From Scenedesmus sp. PABB004 (Eukaryota): a stretch of DNA of 64,000 nucleotides. The DNA lies in the NCBI GenBank assembly GCA_014905635.1, contig JABVCE010000002.1, forward strand, positions 310,001-374,000. The letters run 5' to 3'. Below are positions 23,970 to 34,939 of the stretch, piece by piece. Position numbers and translations under genes: made by a program. Each line of letters opens with the position of its first letter. The stretch's first letter is position 1. Under the pieces are notes generated by a model. That model saw nothing but the letters and a program-made list of their open reading frames with translations, was not told the origin of the DNA and did no database searches.

Positions 23970-26648
23970 ATGGCGCCGCTGCTCGCGTCCCGCCAGGTGC
24001 GTGAGACGCCCTGCACCGCCACGCCGTGCGAGCGAGCGACTGCTGCTGACGCTGGCGCCGCTGCCGCCGCCGCCGCCGTCGCAGGCCTGCGGCACGCAGC
24101 CGCGCCCCGTCAGGCTGGTTGCTGGCGGGTGGCCGCTGCCGCGGGGGCGCAGCGTCACGACGCGGGCCGCACAGTCGGCGCGGCAGGAGCAGCCGCCGGG
24201 CGACGACGTCGCGCCGCCGGACGCGCCGCCGGACGTGCTGCCGCACGTGCTGCTGGCCCTGGACCCGCTCTGGGAGCCGCACGGCGGCCCGGCGGGCGAC
24301 GGCGGGGCGGGCGACGGCGCGGCGCTGCTGTCGCCCGCGACGGCGGCGCGGCTGCACAGCACGCGAGCGCCGGGCTTCTTCCTGCCGCGGCGCGTGCGCG
24401 ACCCCGCGCTGGCGGCATGGCAGGCGCAGGTGCGTGCTGCGGCGCGGCGCCTGGCGCCGCCTCGCAGCGCGCGCCGCGCACTCACGCCCGCACCGGCCCT
24501 GCACCACAACCCCGCAGGCGCTGGAGGCCTGGCAGGCGGCGGCGGCGTGGGCCGCCGAGGTGCAGCGCGGGGGTGAGGGGCTGCAGGAGCAGCACGCGCC
24601 CCCGCTGCCCCTGCCGGCCCAGCAGCCGCCGCACTGGGGCCAGCTGGCGGCGGTGCTGGCGGCGGCGGGGCCGCAGCTGCGGACGCAGCACCTCGCGGCG
24701 CTGGCGGCGGCGGCCGCGGGCCTGGCGGGCGCAGGCGGCGCCGCGGCCTCGCGCGCGCTTCGGCCGCCCATGCTGGCCATCACTCCGCCGGACGGCGGCA
24801 GCGGCGGCGCCCAGCTCGTGCTCAAGTGCGCCCAGCTGCTGCCCCAGCTGAGCGGCGCGGTGGCGCAGGAGCTGCAGCGCGGCGGCCAGCTCGCGCCGCC
24901 CGACGCGGTGGCGCTGCTGCAGCAGCTGGCGGCGCTGCATGCCACGGGGCGCGTGGGCGCGGCAGACGCCGAGGCGGCCGGCGCGCTGCTGGCCGCGCTG
25001 GACCTGTCTGCGTGCAGCCTGCAGCAGCACGCGGCCGTCATTGCCAGCTGCGCCGCTCTGGGCCAGCCGCTGCGCTCGTCGTGGCTGGCCGGCTTCGTCG
25101 CCTCCGCGTGCCAGCGCCTGCCGCCGGCCGGCGGCGGCGGCGAGGGCGGCGACGGGGACGTTGGCGCTGCGATCGCCCGCCTGCTGGACGGCCTGTCTCT
25201 GTGAGTGGTCCCCAGGCGGGGCGCGGGGCCGCGCTGCGCGGGACAGCGCCGGCACACAAGCGCTCGAGCCCGCGCGCCGGACGCGTGCCGCGGCGCGCGC
25301 TCGCGCCACCGCGGCCGCCGCCCGCCGCCCGCTGCGCGCGTTGACGCAGGTACCCTGGGCCCCACATCGTCGCGCAGCAGCTGCAGCCGCTGCTGGCGGC
25401 CGCGCAGCCCCACCTGGGCGCGCTGAGCGCGCGCGAGCAGCACCAGCTGCTGACGGCGGCGGCGGCGCTGCAGCTCGCGCCGGACGCCGAGCTGCTGGAC
25501 GCGGCGGCCGCAGCGGCGCTGTCGCGCATCACCTGGGCGCGGCGGCAGCCGTCGCCGGCGGCCGCGCTGCCGCTGGGTGAGGCGGCGCTGCTGCTGCAGG
25601 GCTTGGCGGCAGCAGGCCACGCGCCCGGCGCGGCGTGGTGGGAGGCCTGGACGGAGCACTGCCTCGGCGTGGCGGCGGCCACGTCGCTGGCCCACCCCGC
25701 GGCCGCGGCCGCGCCGCAGCGCCTGCTCGCGCGCGCGGACGAGGCGGGCGTGTTTGGCGGCGAGGTGCTGCGCGCCGCGGAGCTGGAGCAGCAGGAGGCG
25801 GCCTGGGCAGCGGCCGCTGCGGCGCAGGCGGGGCACGCGCAGCCGCCGCACGCGCCGCCGCTGCGCGCCGAGGTGGTGAGCGAGCTGTGCCTGCTGCTGC
25901 AGCAGCTGGGCCGGCCGCTGCCGCCCATCCAGCTGTGCGCGCTGCTGGAGGCGTACGTGAGGTGCGGGCGGCGTGGCGGCGCCGCAGCACCCGCCGCGCG
26001 CAGGCTCGTGGCGGGCCGGGGCGCCCACGCGCCGCCGCCGCCGCCGCCGCCGCGCCGCCGTGCAGGAGCGGCTACGAGCCCGCCGCGACGCCGCAGCTGC
26101 TGCTGGTCGCGGCGCAGGGGCTGCCCAGCGCGCCGGGCTTCGCCGCCGACAACCGGCTGCTGCTGCAGCGCCTCCTGTCGCCGCTGCAGGAGCGCTTCAG
26201 CGAGCTCAGCGCGGAGCAGCTCGCGCAGGCAGCCGAGGCGTGCGTCGCGTACGACTGCCGCCCCGGCGTGGAATGGTTCCGCTGGCACGGCGCGGCGGTG
26301 CTGCGCCTGGGGCGCGTGTGCCCGCTCGAGGCACTCGCGCGCGTGCGCCAGGCATACGCGCAGCTCGGCGTGGCGGCCGAGGAGCGGCTGCGCGTGCTGC
26401 TGGACACCGTGCCCTGGCGGCTGCAACGCCAGGCGGAGCGCGCACGCGGCGCGGAGCGGCTCGCCGCGCAGGGCGCCGCGCTCGCGGCCAAGAACGAGCA
26501 GCGGCGGCGGCAGAACGCGGCGGACGCGGCGGCGCGCGGCGCGCGTGGGCGCGGGCAGCGCCCCGCGGGCGCGCCCGGGCCCGAGGGGCGCCAGGCGTGG
26601 CGCGCGCGCAAGCTGAAGCCGCCCGGCACGCTGGACCGCAAGTTTTAG
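23970..26648 (+). CDS. Organellar alpha-solenoid protein, octotricopeptide-repeat (OPR)-like
   Basis: MAPLLASRQ|GT first exon; degenerate repeats LSACSLQQHAAVIASCAALGQPLRSSWL, AGHAPGAAWW, FSELSAEQLAQAAEACVAYDCRPGVEWF; stop TAG 26646-26648. Confidence 0.65.
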
Positions 26649-27168
26649 CGCGCGTGCTGGCAGGGCGCACGCATTCTGCCGGAAATTTGGTGCTGCCTGC
26701 TGCGGTCCGGCGACAGGGGTGAGCGCGCTGTGGACGTCGCGCCCGCGCGATCTGACGTGAGGCGCCTTGACCTAGACCTAGACCACGAGTTGCAGCGGGT
26801 TTGGATGAGCCCGGCACCCCCTCCCGCAAGCATGTGCGCGCGGCACCAGCGGCGGCAGCGCTCGACGTCACGCTCCCCCGGCGCGCCGGACGGCGCAGCC
26901 CCAACACTGACAGATCAAACAGCAATTCAAAGCCGCGTCGGCAAAAATCAGGTGCAACGGGCAGGTGCCGCGGCCAGGTCAACCCAGAGGCTGCGGCGCC
27001 GTGTTCTTGCTGTTCTTGGTCGTCACAGCGGTCGTGCTGATGCATTCTGGGCAAAGCTTCAGTGCGCCAGCACAAGTCGCAGTGCGACGGCGCTGGACAA
27101 GGAATGAATGGCGTGGGGCGCCCTGGCTGCAGCGCGCTACGCTGACACCGCCCCGCGCGCCCCCGCCG

Positions 27169-28772
27169 TCAGCCGCGCCCCCGCCGCGCCGCGCCGCCGC
27201 TGCCGCGGTGCTTGGCCACGCCGCCGGGGCGCTGCAGCTGCAGCGCCGGCGCGTCGGGCTCGAAGCGCGCGATGCGGTTGCGCAGCACGACCTCGGCCAC
27301 CGCGTCGTCGCGCGCCTCCTCGCCCGCGACCTGCTCCGCCAGCACCGACGCGAGCAGCACCGAGCTGGGGTAGAAGGGGGCAAAGAGCACGTAGAGGCGC
27401 GCGAGCTGGCGCCAGGTGAGGCAGCCGTAGGCAAACATGCCCATCACGCCGCACAGCAGCGCCTCCTTCTGCATGAGCAGCCGGATGCGGCGCTGCCGCC
27501 GCGCGGCCGCGTGCAGCGCGCTCGACCGGGCCGCGTGCTGGAAGGGGCGCGGCATGCTCGCGCTGCTGTCGTCGCTCGCCGCGGCCCCCGACGAGCCGCC
27601 GCCGGTCGACGCGCTGCCGCTGCTGCCGGACGTCGCCGAGCTGGCGGCCGGCGCCGGCGGCCGCGCGAGCGGCGTGGCGGTGGCGGCGCTCGACGCGGAG
27701 GCACCGCCGCCGCCGGTCGCGGCGGTGGAGCTGCTCGGCGTCGGCTGCTGCTCGCCCTGCAGCCGCCGCTGCTCCGCCACGATCGGCAGTCGCAGCTCCT
27801 CAAACACGCGCTTGCTCGCCGCAATGCGCATGCGCTGCATCCGGCTCAGCTGCAGCGCCGGGATGATCTGAACCATGCGCTCTGCGTCGGCGCCGTCCGG
27901 CAGCTGCTCCCCCGTGTCGACGTGCGTCGAGCACCTGCGGCGGTGCGGCGGCGCGGCGCGGCGGGCGGGCGGGCGGCGGCGAGGCAGTCGGCAAGCAAGC
28001 ACGGCGGCGCGCGGGAGCAAGGCAGCGGCGGCGCGGCACGACCGCCACTGCCGCTGCCGCTGCGACCGCCGCCGCCGCCGCCGGTGCTCTGCTCTGCTCG
28101 CGCGGGCGCCCGCACTCACATCGCCCACACGATGTCCGGCCGCCGCCGCGCGCCCGACAGCATCATCGGCAGCAGCAGGATGCGGCGCAGCAGCTGCTGC
28201 AGCCGTGCCGCCGCGGCGCCGAGGTCGCCGGCGCCGGCGTCGAGGACGTGCAGCTCGGCCGCCAGCTCGCGCACCGACTGCACGTGCGCGGTGAGCGCCT
28301 CGTGCAGCGTCGGCGTCGGGCCGTGGCTGGGGTGCTTGTGCGCGGTGAGCTCGGCGAAGAGCGCCAGCGGCGCGTGCAGGGGGTCGACGTGCTCGTCCAC
28401 GCCCGAGCTCGGCCGCACGGCGGCAGCAGCAGCGCCGCCGCCGCCCGCCACAGCTCGCTCGCCAAACGTGCCCAGGGCGGCGTCACCGTGTTGGCTCTCG
28501 TCTCCCACGCCCGTGGCCCGGCCAGGCTCCGGCTCCCGCAGGCCGACCGCCTCCAATGCGGCGACGAGCGAGTCCTCCTCCTGCGCCGCCAGCACGCAGC
28601 CGCCCTCGTCGGCGACGCAGCTCACGCGCACGGCCGTCCACCGCAGCATGGACTGGACCATGACGTTCTTGAAGGCGGCGTACGCGCACTGACGCTCCAG
28701 CGCAGCCGCGCGTTGCTGCAGGCGGACGACCTCATCTGTGAGGATGCGTATTTTGGTGCCTGGCCGCGTCAT
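27169..28772 (-). CDS. Hypothetical protein with N-terminal coiled coil (bZIP-like, chlorophyte-type)
   Basis: [22 protein letters not shown] heptads; one GT-AG intron 28119-27935 restores the frame; [31 protein letters not shown]. Confidence 0.6.
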
Positions 28773-29270
28773 GGCGCGTCCCCCACCACGCACGCGCCGT
28801 CATCCACCGCGCATCTCCGCGCCCCGCGGGCCTGGGGCCCGAGCAACGGCGGGGCAGCGGCGGCGGCGACGGCGGCGGCGGCGGCGGCAGCGGCAGTCTC
28901 GGGCGTAGCGTCGGGAGCGCGCGGCCGCTGCAGGCCGGAGTGCTGCCGGCTGCGCCTGGACGCCGGAACCGGGGCGCGCACGGGCGTGCAGTGGCCGGAG
29001 CTTCCGGCGCGGCGGGGCGCAAAGCCGCCGCGACGACGACGCCCCGGCGCCGGCGCTCCCGTCGCCGCCCCGCGGCTTCCCCCACACAGCCCGGTCCGCG
29101 CCACTGTCGGGCAGCCTGCACCCTGGCCAGCCAGCCGCGCCCCAGGCCACAGAGCAGCAGCAGCAGCAGCGGCGGGCAGCGAGCGCGGCGGCCGGCCGGC
29201 CTGCGCGGCCCGCACCCCCGCGCCGCGCGGCGCCCGGCAGCGCGGGGAGGAGGCCGGGACTGCGGGCGTC

Positions 29271-29587
29271 ATGGAGAACCCGCGGGTGTTCCTGGACATC
29301 GCCATCGGTGGCGAGGACGCCGGCCGCGTCGTGTGCGAGCTGCGCGCCGACGTGACGCCGCGGACCGCGGAGAACTTCCGGGCGCTCTGCACCGGCGAGC
29401 GCGGGGCGGGGCGGGCGGGCAAGGCGCTGCACTTCAAGGGCAGCAGCTTTCATCGCATCATCCCCGACTTTATGTGCCAGGGCGGCGACTTCACGCGCGG
29501 CAACGGCACCGGCGGCGAGTCCATCTACGGCCCCACCTTTGCGGACGAGAACTTTGCCCTCAAGCACGACGTCCCGGGCATTCTGAG

Positions 29588-29630
<43 letters not shown>

Positions 29631-31625
29631 CTCTGCACCGTCCCCTGCCCCTGGCTGGACGGCAAGCACGGTGAGGCGGCGGCGGCGAGCGCGCGGCGGC
29701 AGCGCGGCGGCGGCAAGCGCGCCGGCGGCAAGCGCGCCGGGAGCAGCGGCGCGCGGCCCCGACCCGACGCCGCCGCCGCGCAGTCGTGTTTGGGCGCGTC
29801 GTGGAGGGCATGGCGGTGGTCAAGCGCATCGAGGCGATGGGCACGCAGTCGGGCAAGCCGCGCGCGCGCGTGGTCATCGCCGACTGCGGCCAGGTGCGCG
29901 CGCTGTGGCGGCGCGCGGTGGGCGGCGGCGAGCGGCAGGCGCGGGCGATGACGGCTCACGCGCCGCGCCGCGCGCCGCGCCCCCTGCAGCTGCCGAGCCG
30001 GCTGGAGATGCTGGAGCGCAAGCGCGCCGAGAAGGCCGAGGCCGCGGCGCTCATGCACGACCCTCTGGGCATCGCGGTGGACGCCAAGCAGGAGAGCCTT
30101 GCGCGCCTGCAGGCCCTGCGCCAGCGGGAGCAGGGCGCGCCAGCCGCGGCGGCCGCGCCCGGCGGCGACGCGGCGCCCTCCAGCAGCGGGCGCGGCGGCG
30201 ACGGCGGCGACGGCGGCGCGGCGGCGGGCGGCAGCGGAGGCGGCGCCGCCGCCGCAGCCGCCGACGCGCAGCCCGGCGACGGCGACGGCGCAGCGGCGCC
30301 GGCCGGCGGCGACGACGGCGGCGGCGGCGACGGCGGCGGCGGCGGCGAGGTGGAGGTGGCCGACCCCTACGCGGGCATGAACGCACGGCAGCGCAAGCTC
30401 GCCGAGCTCAAGCACAAGCTCGCGGCGGCGCGCAAGGCCAACGAGGGCGCCGTCATCGCGGAGCGCAAGCGCCAGCGCGTGAGCGCCCGCGGGGCGCCCG
30501 CGCACGCGGCCGCGCGCCCGCGCACGCGCGCGCCCGCGCCGCGCCTCACGCGCGCCGCCGGCCGCGCGCGCGCAGGCGGCCGAGGTCGGCCGCAACGGCG
30601 ACGGCGGCGACGGCAGCAAGAAGTGGTACGAGGAGCGCAAGAAGCGGCAGGCGGAGGAGCTGGAGCGGCTGGGGCTGCCGCCGGAGGCCGCGCACCGCCT
30701 GGAGAGCGCCGAGATCGCAGAGGCCAAGTACAAGAAAAAGGTCGGCGGGGCCGCGTGTGGGGAGGCGGGATGGAGCGCGCGGCGGGGCGCGCGGCGGGCG
30801 CGCGCCTGTGCCGGCGGCGGGCGCGGGCCCAGCCCTCGCCCGGGGCGCGCCGCGCCGCGCGCAGGAGAAGAAGCCCGCGCCGGAGGGCGGCGAGGTGTTT
30901 ACGACGCGCGCGACGCACCTCGCGTACGAGCGGCGCGCGGCCAAGATCACCCCCGACCTGCCCCGCTACGAGGCGGCCAAGGCGGCGCACCCCGACCGCG
31001 CGCTCGAGGTCGACCCCCTGCAGTACGGCCGCAACCACGAGGTGCGGCGCAGCGCCGCGCCGCGCCGCGCTGGGCCGCGCCCGCCGCGCCCCGCGGGGGG
31101 TGCCCCGCGGGCGGCGCAGCCGCGGGCCGGGCGCGGGCGCGGGCGGACCGGGGCGGTGATGACCACCACACAGAGCGAATATATGAAGGGCGCTGCCGGC
31201 GGCGCCGCCCGCGCGGCCGGCCCCCGCGGCCGCCGCGCGCTGCGCGGCGCCGCCCCGCGCGGCGCCGGCTGTTCACACCACGGCTTGAGCCCCGCGCCCG
31301 CGCCGCGCGCGCCCCGCGCGCCGCCGCGCGCCTCGCTCGCCGCGCCCACCCCGCCCTTTGCCTCGCCCTGCCCTGCCCCGCGCGCGTCGCCGCGCCGCGC
31401 CAGGTCGCGCCCGAGGCGGTGGACGCGATGGTGGCGGAGCTCAACGCCAAGGCCGCGCAGCGCGCCGCGTTCAGCCGGCGCCGCGCGTTCCGCTCCGACG
31501 CCGACGTGGACTACATCAACTCGCGCAACGCGCACTTCAACAAGAAGATCCAGCGCGTGTTTGGGGAGGTCACCGCGGAGGTGAAGGCCAACCTGGAGCG
31601 CGGCACGGCGCTGCCCGACCTCTGA
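29271..31625 (+). CDS. Cyclophilin PPIase fused to a SYF2 splicing-factor domain
   Basis: Complete cyclophilin ([31 protein letters not shown]) spliced in frame to SYF2-like [36 protein letters not shown]. Confidence 0.92.
31149..31294 (+). ncRNA. Candidate intronic box C/D snoRNA
   Basis: C box GTGATGA 31156-31162, D-like TTGA 31285-31288, 6-bp terminal stem CGGGGC/GCCCCG; AT-rich internal segment in an otherwise very GC-rich, unusually long intron. Confidence 0.5.
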
Positions 31626-32411
31626 GCACCGCGCGCGCGCGGTGAGCGGGGGAGCGGGCGAGGCGGGCGGGGCCGGGGGCGCAGCGCCGCGCCGCGCTGC
31701 GTCCGAGCACGCGCGCCATGCCGAGTCCCTCTGCCGACAGCTCGGGCAGCGGGGTGGTGTGACCGCCGGCCTCGACGCACACGTCAGCCGGCGGCGTCGC
31801 CCGCGGCCGCCGCTCGGGGGCCGCGGGCGGCGTGGCGCACAGCAACGCCAGCCGCGGCCCCGGCAGCCAACCGGGGTCGCGGCGTGCCGTGCGAACAGCG
31901 GGGCGCGCGGAGACCGCGGCGCGCCCCACAGAGCGGGCACGACAGCCCACGCGCGGCGGCCTCGCCCTCCTCACCCAGCGTGCACTGCCTCCGCCGCGTC
32001 TTCGCAGGGATCAGGGGGCCCCCTGGGTCCGTGTCGGGCACGTGTGGACCAGGCTGCCGACGGCGGGCGTCGGCGCGCACAGGCACCGGCGCGGGAGTGC
32101 CTGAGTGCTGCTGCAGCAGCAGTTGCGAGCGTGCGGTTTGTCAGCCGCCGGCAACAAAAGCATGCCCCAGTACTCCTCCGAGCGCACCGAACGCGCAAAC
32201 ACAGCTCGATCGCGGCCAGCGGGGGCGAGGCGGGCGCCAGGAGCTGTGCGGCGGTGACCGGCGGGCGACCAAGCGGACAGGCGCACGCCCGCGCGCGCTC
32301 GCTGCATTGCGGGCCGCGCGCGCCCGTCCAGCACACTCTTCCACTCGATCCTCCTTCCAGACGGAGTTTGCGCAGGCACGGAGCCCGCTCGGCTGAGGCG
32401 CGCCCGCCAAA

Positions 32412-34739
32412 ATGGCGCTCCCCCGCACCCCCGCGCTTGCGCTGCTCTGCGGCCTGCTGGCTGGCGGCCTCGCCATCGCTTCGGCTCAGACTGGTGCCGC
32501 GCGGCTGGGGAGTGAGAGCTTCCGCGCTATCAGGGTTGCGCCTGGCGATGCCTCGGTCGCAGGTGCGCCACGGCGCGCGCGCGTACCCGTGTAGCCGCCC
32601 CCAGTCGCGCCCTCGAGCCTATACTCACTGAACATGCCTGCGCCGCCCGCACTGCCCCGCCGCGCAGCCGCCGCGGCGGCCGGCGGCGCCAACGCGCACA
32701 AGCTGCTGACACCTGCCGGCTCGGGGCCCGTGCTGGTGGCCGAGGGCGAGTACATGGCGACCGTGAGCCCTGAGGCCAGCCCCGAGGCCGTGGAGGCGCT
32801 CGCGCGGTGCGCACGGAGCGGTACCCCTCAGCGCGCAGCCAGCGAGGCTGGGGTGCTCAGCGCGCAGCGCCCAACGCGCGCCGCGCGGCTCCGCTCTCAC
32901 CCGCCCGGCCGCCCGCCGGCGCCAGGCTGATCAAGGGCGCCCGGGGCCGGGTGAAGCAGGTGTCGTCGGCCGCGGACGGCGTGTGGCGGGGCGTGACGTT
33001 CAAGGTACGCGCGCGCGAGCCCCGCCAGGCTGGGGCTGGGGCTGCGGCGCCTGGGGCTGCGGCCGCTGGCCCAGCACCCCCCTCCCTCCCATCATCACCC
33101 CACGCCGCGCGCGCCCGCAGGCGCCCAGGTCGACGGCGGCGCAGGCGCGCCTGCTGCGTCAGCTCGCCGACGCGCCCGCGGTGCAGTTTGTGGAGCCCCA
33201 CTACGTCTTCGCCCTCGCGCCCGTGCCCGCCGACGCGCCCGCCGTCGCGGCCGCCGCGGCCGCGTCGGCGCCCGCGGAGGCCGCGTCCGCGGCCGCCGCC
33301 GCGGCGGCCGGCGCGGCGGCGGCCGCCGCGGCGGCCGGCGGCGTCGCTGCGCCCGCGGCGATGCAGGCGCCGCCGTCGTGGGGGCTCGACCGCATCGACG
33401 GCAAGATGGACAGCTACTACGTCTACGCCAGCGACGGCGCAGGTGGGTGGGACTTGCGTGCGTGCGTGTGCGTGTGCGCTGTTGTGTTGTGTGAGCACGC
33501 GTGTGCATGTGTGCGCCTGGGAGGGCTCGCCGGCGCGTGCTGGCCACGCATCACGCTCGGCCGCCTTCGCCTCACGCTGCGCCGCCGCCTGCCTCGTGCG
33601 CGCCTCGGCCGTGCAGGCGTGTGCGTGTACGTGCTCGACACGGGCGTGTCGCCGGTGACCAACTTTGAGTCCCGCCTCGTGACGGGCGCGTACATTGAGT
33701 ACCCGGGCGACCAGGCCAACCAGCAGACCATGGACTACCAGGGGCACGGTGCGCGCGCGCGGGGGCCGGGCCCCCGGCGGCGCTCTCGGGGGCGCGCGCG
33801 CGGGGTCGTGCGCCGCGCAGCCGCGAGCTGAGCGCGCCGCCGCCGCCGCCGCTGCCGCCCGCGGTGCGGCACACGCAGGCACGCACGTGGCGGGCACGAT
33901 CGGCAGCAAGGTCTACGGCGTGGCCAAGGGCGCGCTGCTCGTGCCGGTGCGCATCATGGACAACAGCGGCAGCGGCAGCACGCAGGGCATCATCAACGGC
34001 ATCGCCTGGGTCGTGGGGCACCGCGACGCGCGGTGCACCAAGAAGGTCATCAACATGAGCATCGGCGGCGGCCGCAGCGCCGCGCTCAACACCGCCGTGC
34101 GCGACGCGAGCGCCAAGGGCGTGCTCAGCGTCGTCGCGGCCGGCAACGAGGCCGCCGACGCGTGCACGAGCTCGCCCGCGGCCGAGCCGACCGCCGTGAC
34201 CGTTGGCGCGACCGTGCGCCCGTCGGGCGGCGGCGACGGCCGGGCGTACTACAGCAACTTCGGCACCTGCGTCGACGTCTTCGCCCCGGGTGCGCACAGC
34301 TGCAGCCGGCACGGCGCGCGAGCGGCGGTGGGAGCACGCTGGGGGGCGCGCGCCGGCGGGCGGTCGGGCCGACCCGCGGGGCGGCCGCTTGCCCGCGCGC
34401 CCCGCAGGCGACGCGATCGTGTCGGAGGCGATGACCGACGGCAAGACGCAGACGCTGTCCGGCACTTCCATGGCCACCCCGCACGTCACCGGTGCGCGCG
34501 CTGCGTGCTGCGCTGCGTGCTGTGCCGCGCGCCGCCGCGCGCGCGCCCGCGCTCCCCCGCCGCGCCCACACCACGCTCCCCCGCGCCGCGCAGGCCTCGC
34601 CGCGCGCATGTGGGGCAAGGGCCTCTGCAACTCGGCGACGAGCTGCCACGCGGCGCTGTCGAGCAAGGCGCAGACGGGCACGATCGTCGACGCGGCGGGG
34701 AGCCCCAACCGCATGGCCATCATGTGGGGCAACTCCTGA
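32412..34739 (+). CDS. Secreted subtilisin-like serine protease (S8A, proteinase K-like) with I9-type propeptide
   Basis: Signal peptide; WGLDRID; YVLDTG (Asp), [11 protein letters not shown] (His), [14 protein letters not shown] (Ser). Confidence 0.94.
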
Positions 34740-34740
34740 G

Positions 34741-34768
34741 CACGTGGCCAGGGTACCCTGGCCACGTG
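34741..34768. repeat. Perfect 28-bp palindrome with two G-boxes
   Basis: CACGTGGCCAGGGT|ACCCTGGCCACGTG is its own reverse complement. Confidence 0.97.
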
Positions 34769-34880
34769 ACCAGCCTGCAGGAATGAGCTGACGTCCGCGG
34801 CGCGGCCGGCAATAACTCGGCTGCATGCGCGAATAAGCTGCTGCGATCATCGCAATAACGCGGCGCCCGGCCGGCGGCGG

Positions 34881-34885
34881 TGTAA
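34881..34885 (+). terminator. TGTAA poly(A) signal for the subtilisin gene
   Basis: About 140 nt after the stop. Confidence 0.6.
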
Positions 34886-34939
34886 CGGCAGAGAGGGACG
34901 GCGGGGGCGTCACACATGCCGGCTGGCGCCGGCGCCGCG

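Noticed and set aside
26650..27110. Lower-GC stretch with GACCTA repeats and short ORFs
   Set aside because: Sits between two convergent stops, with no transposase motif or terminal repeats; consistent with 3'UTRs
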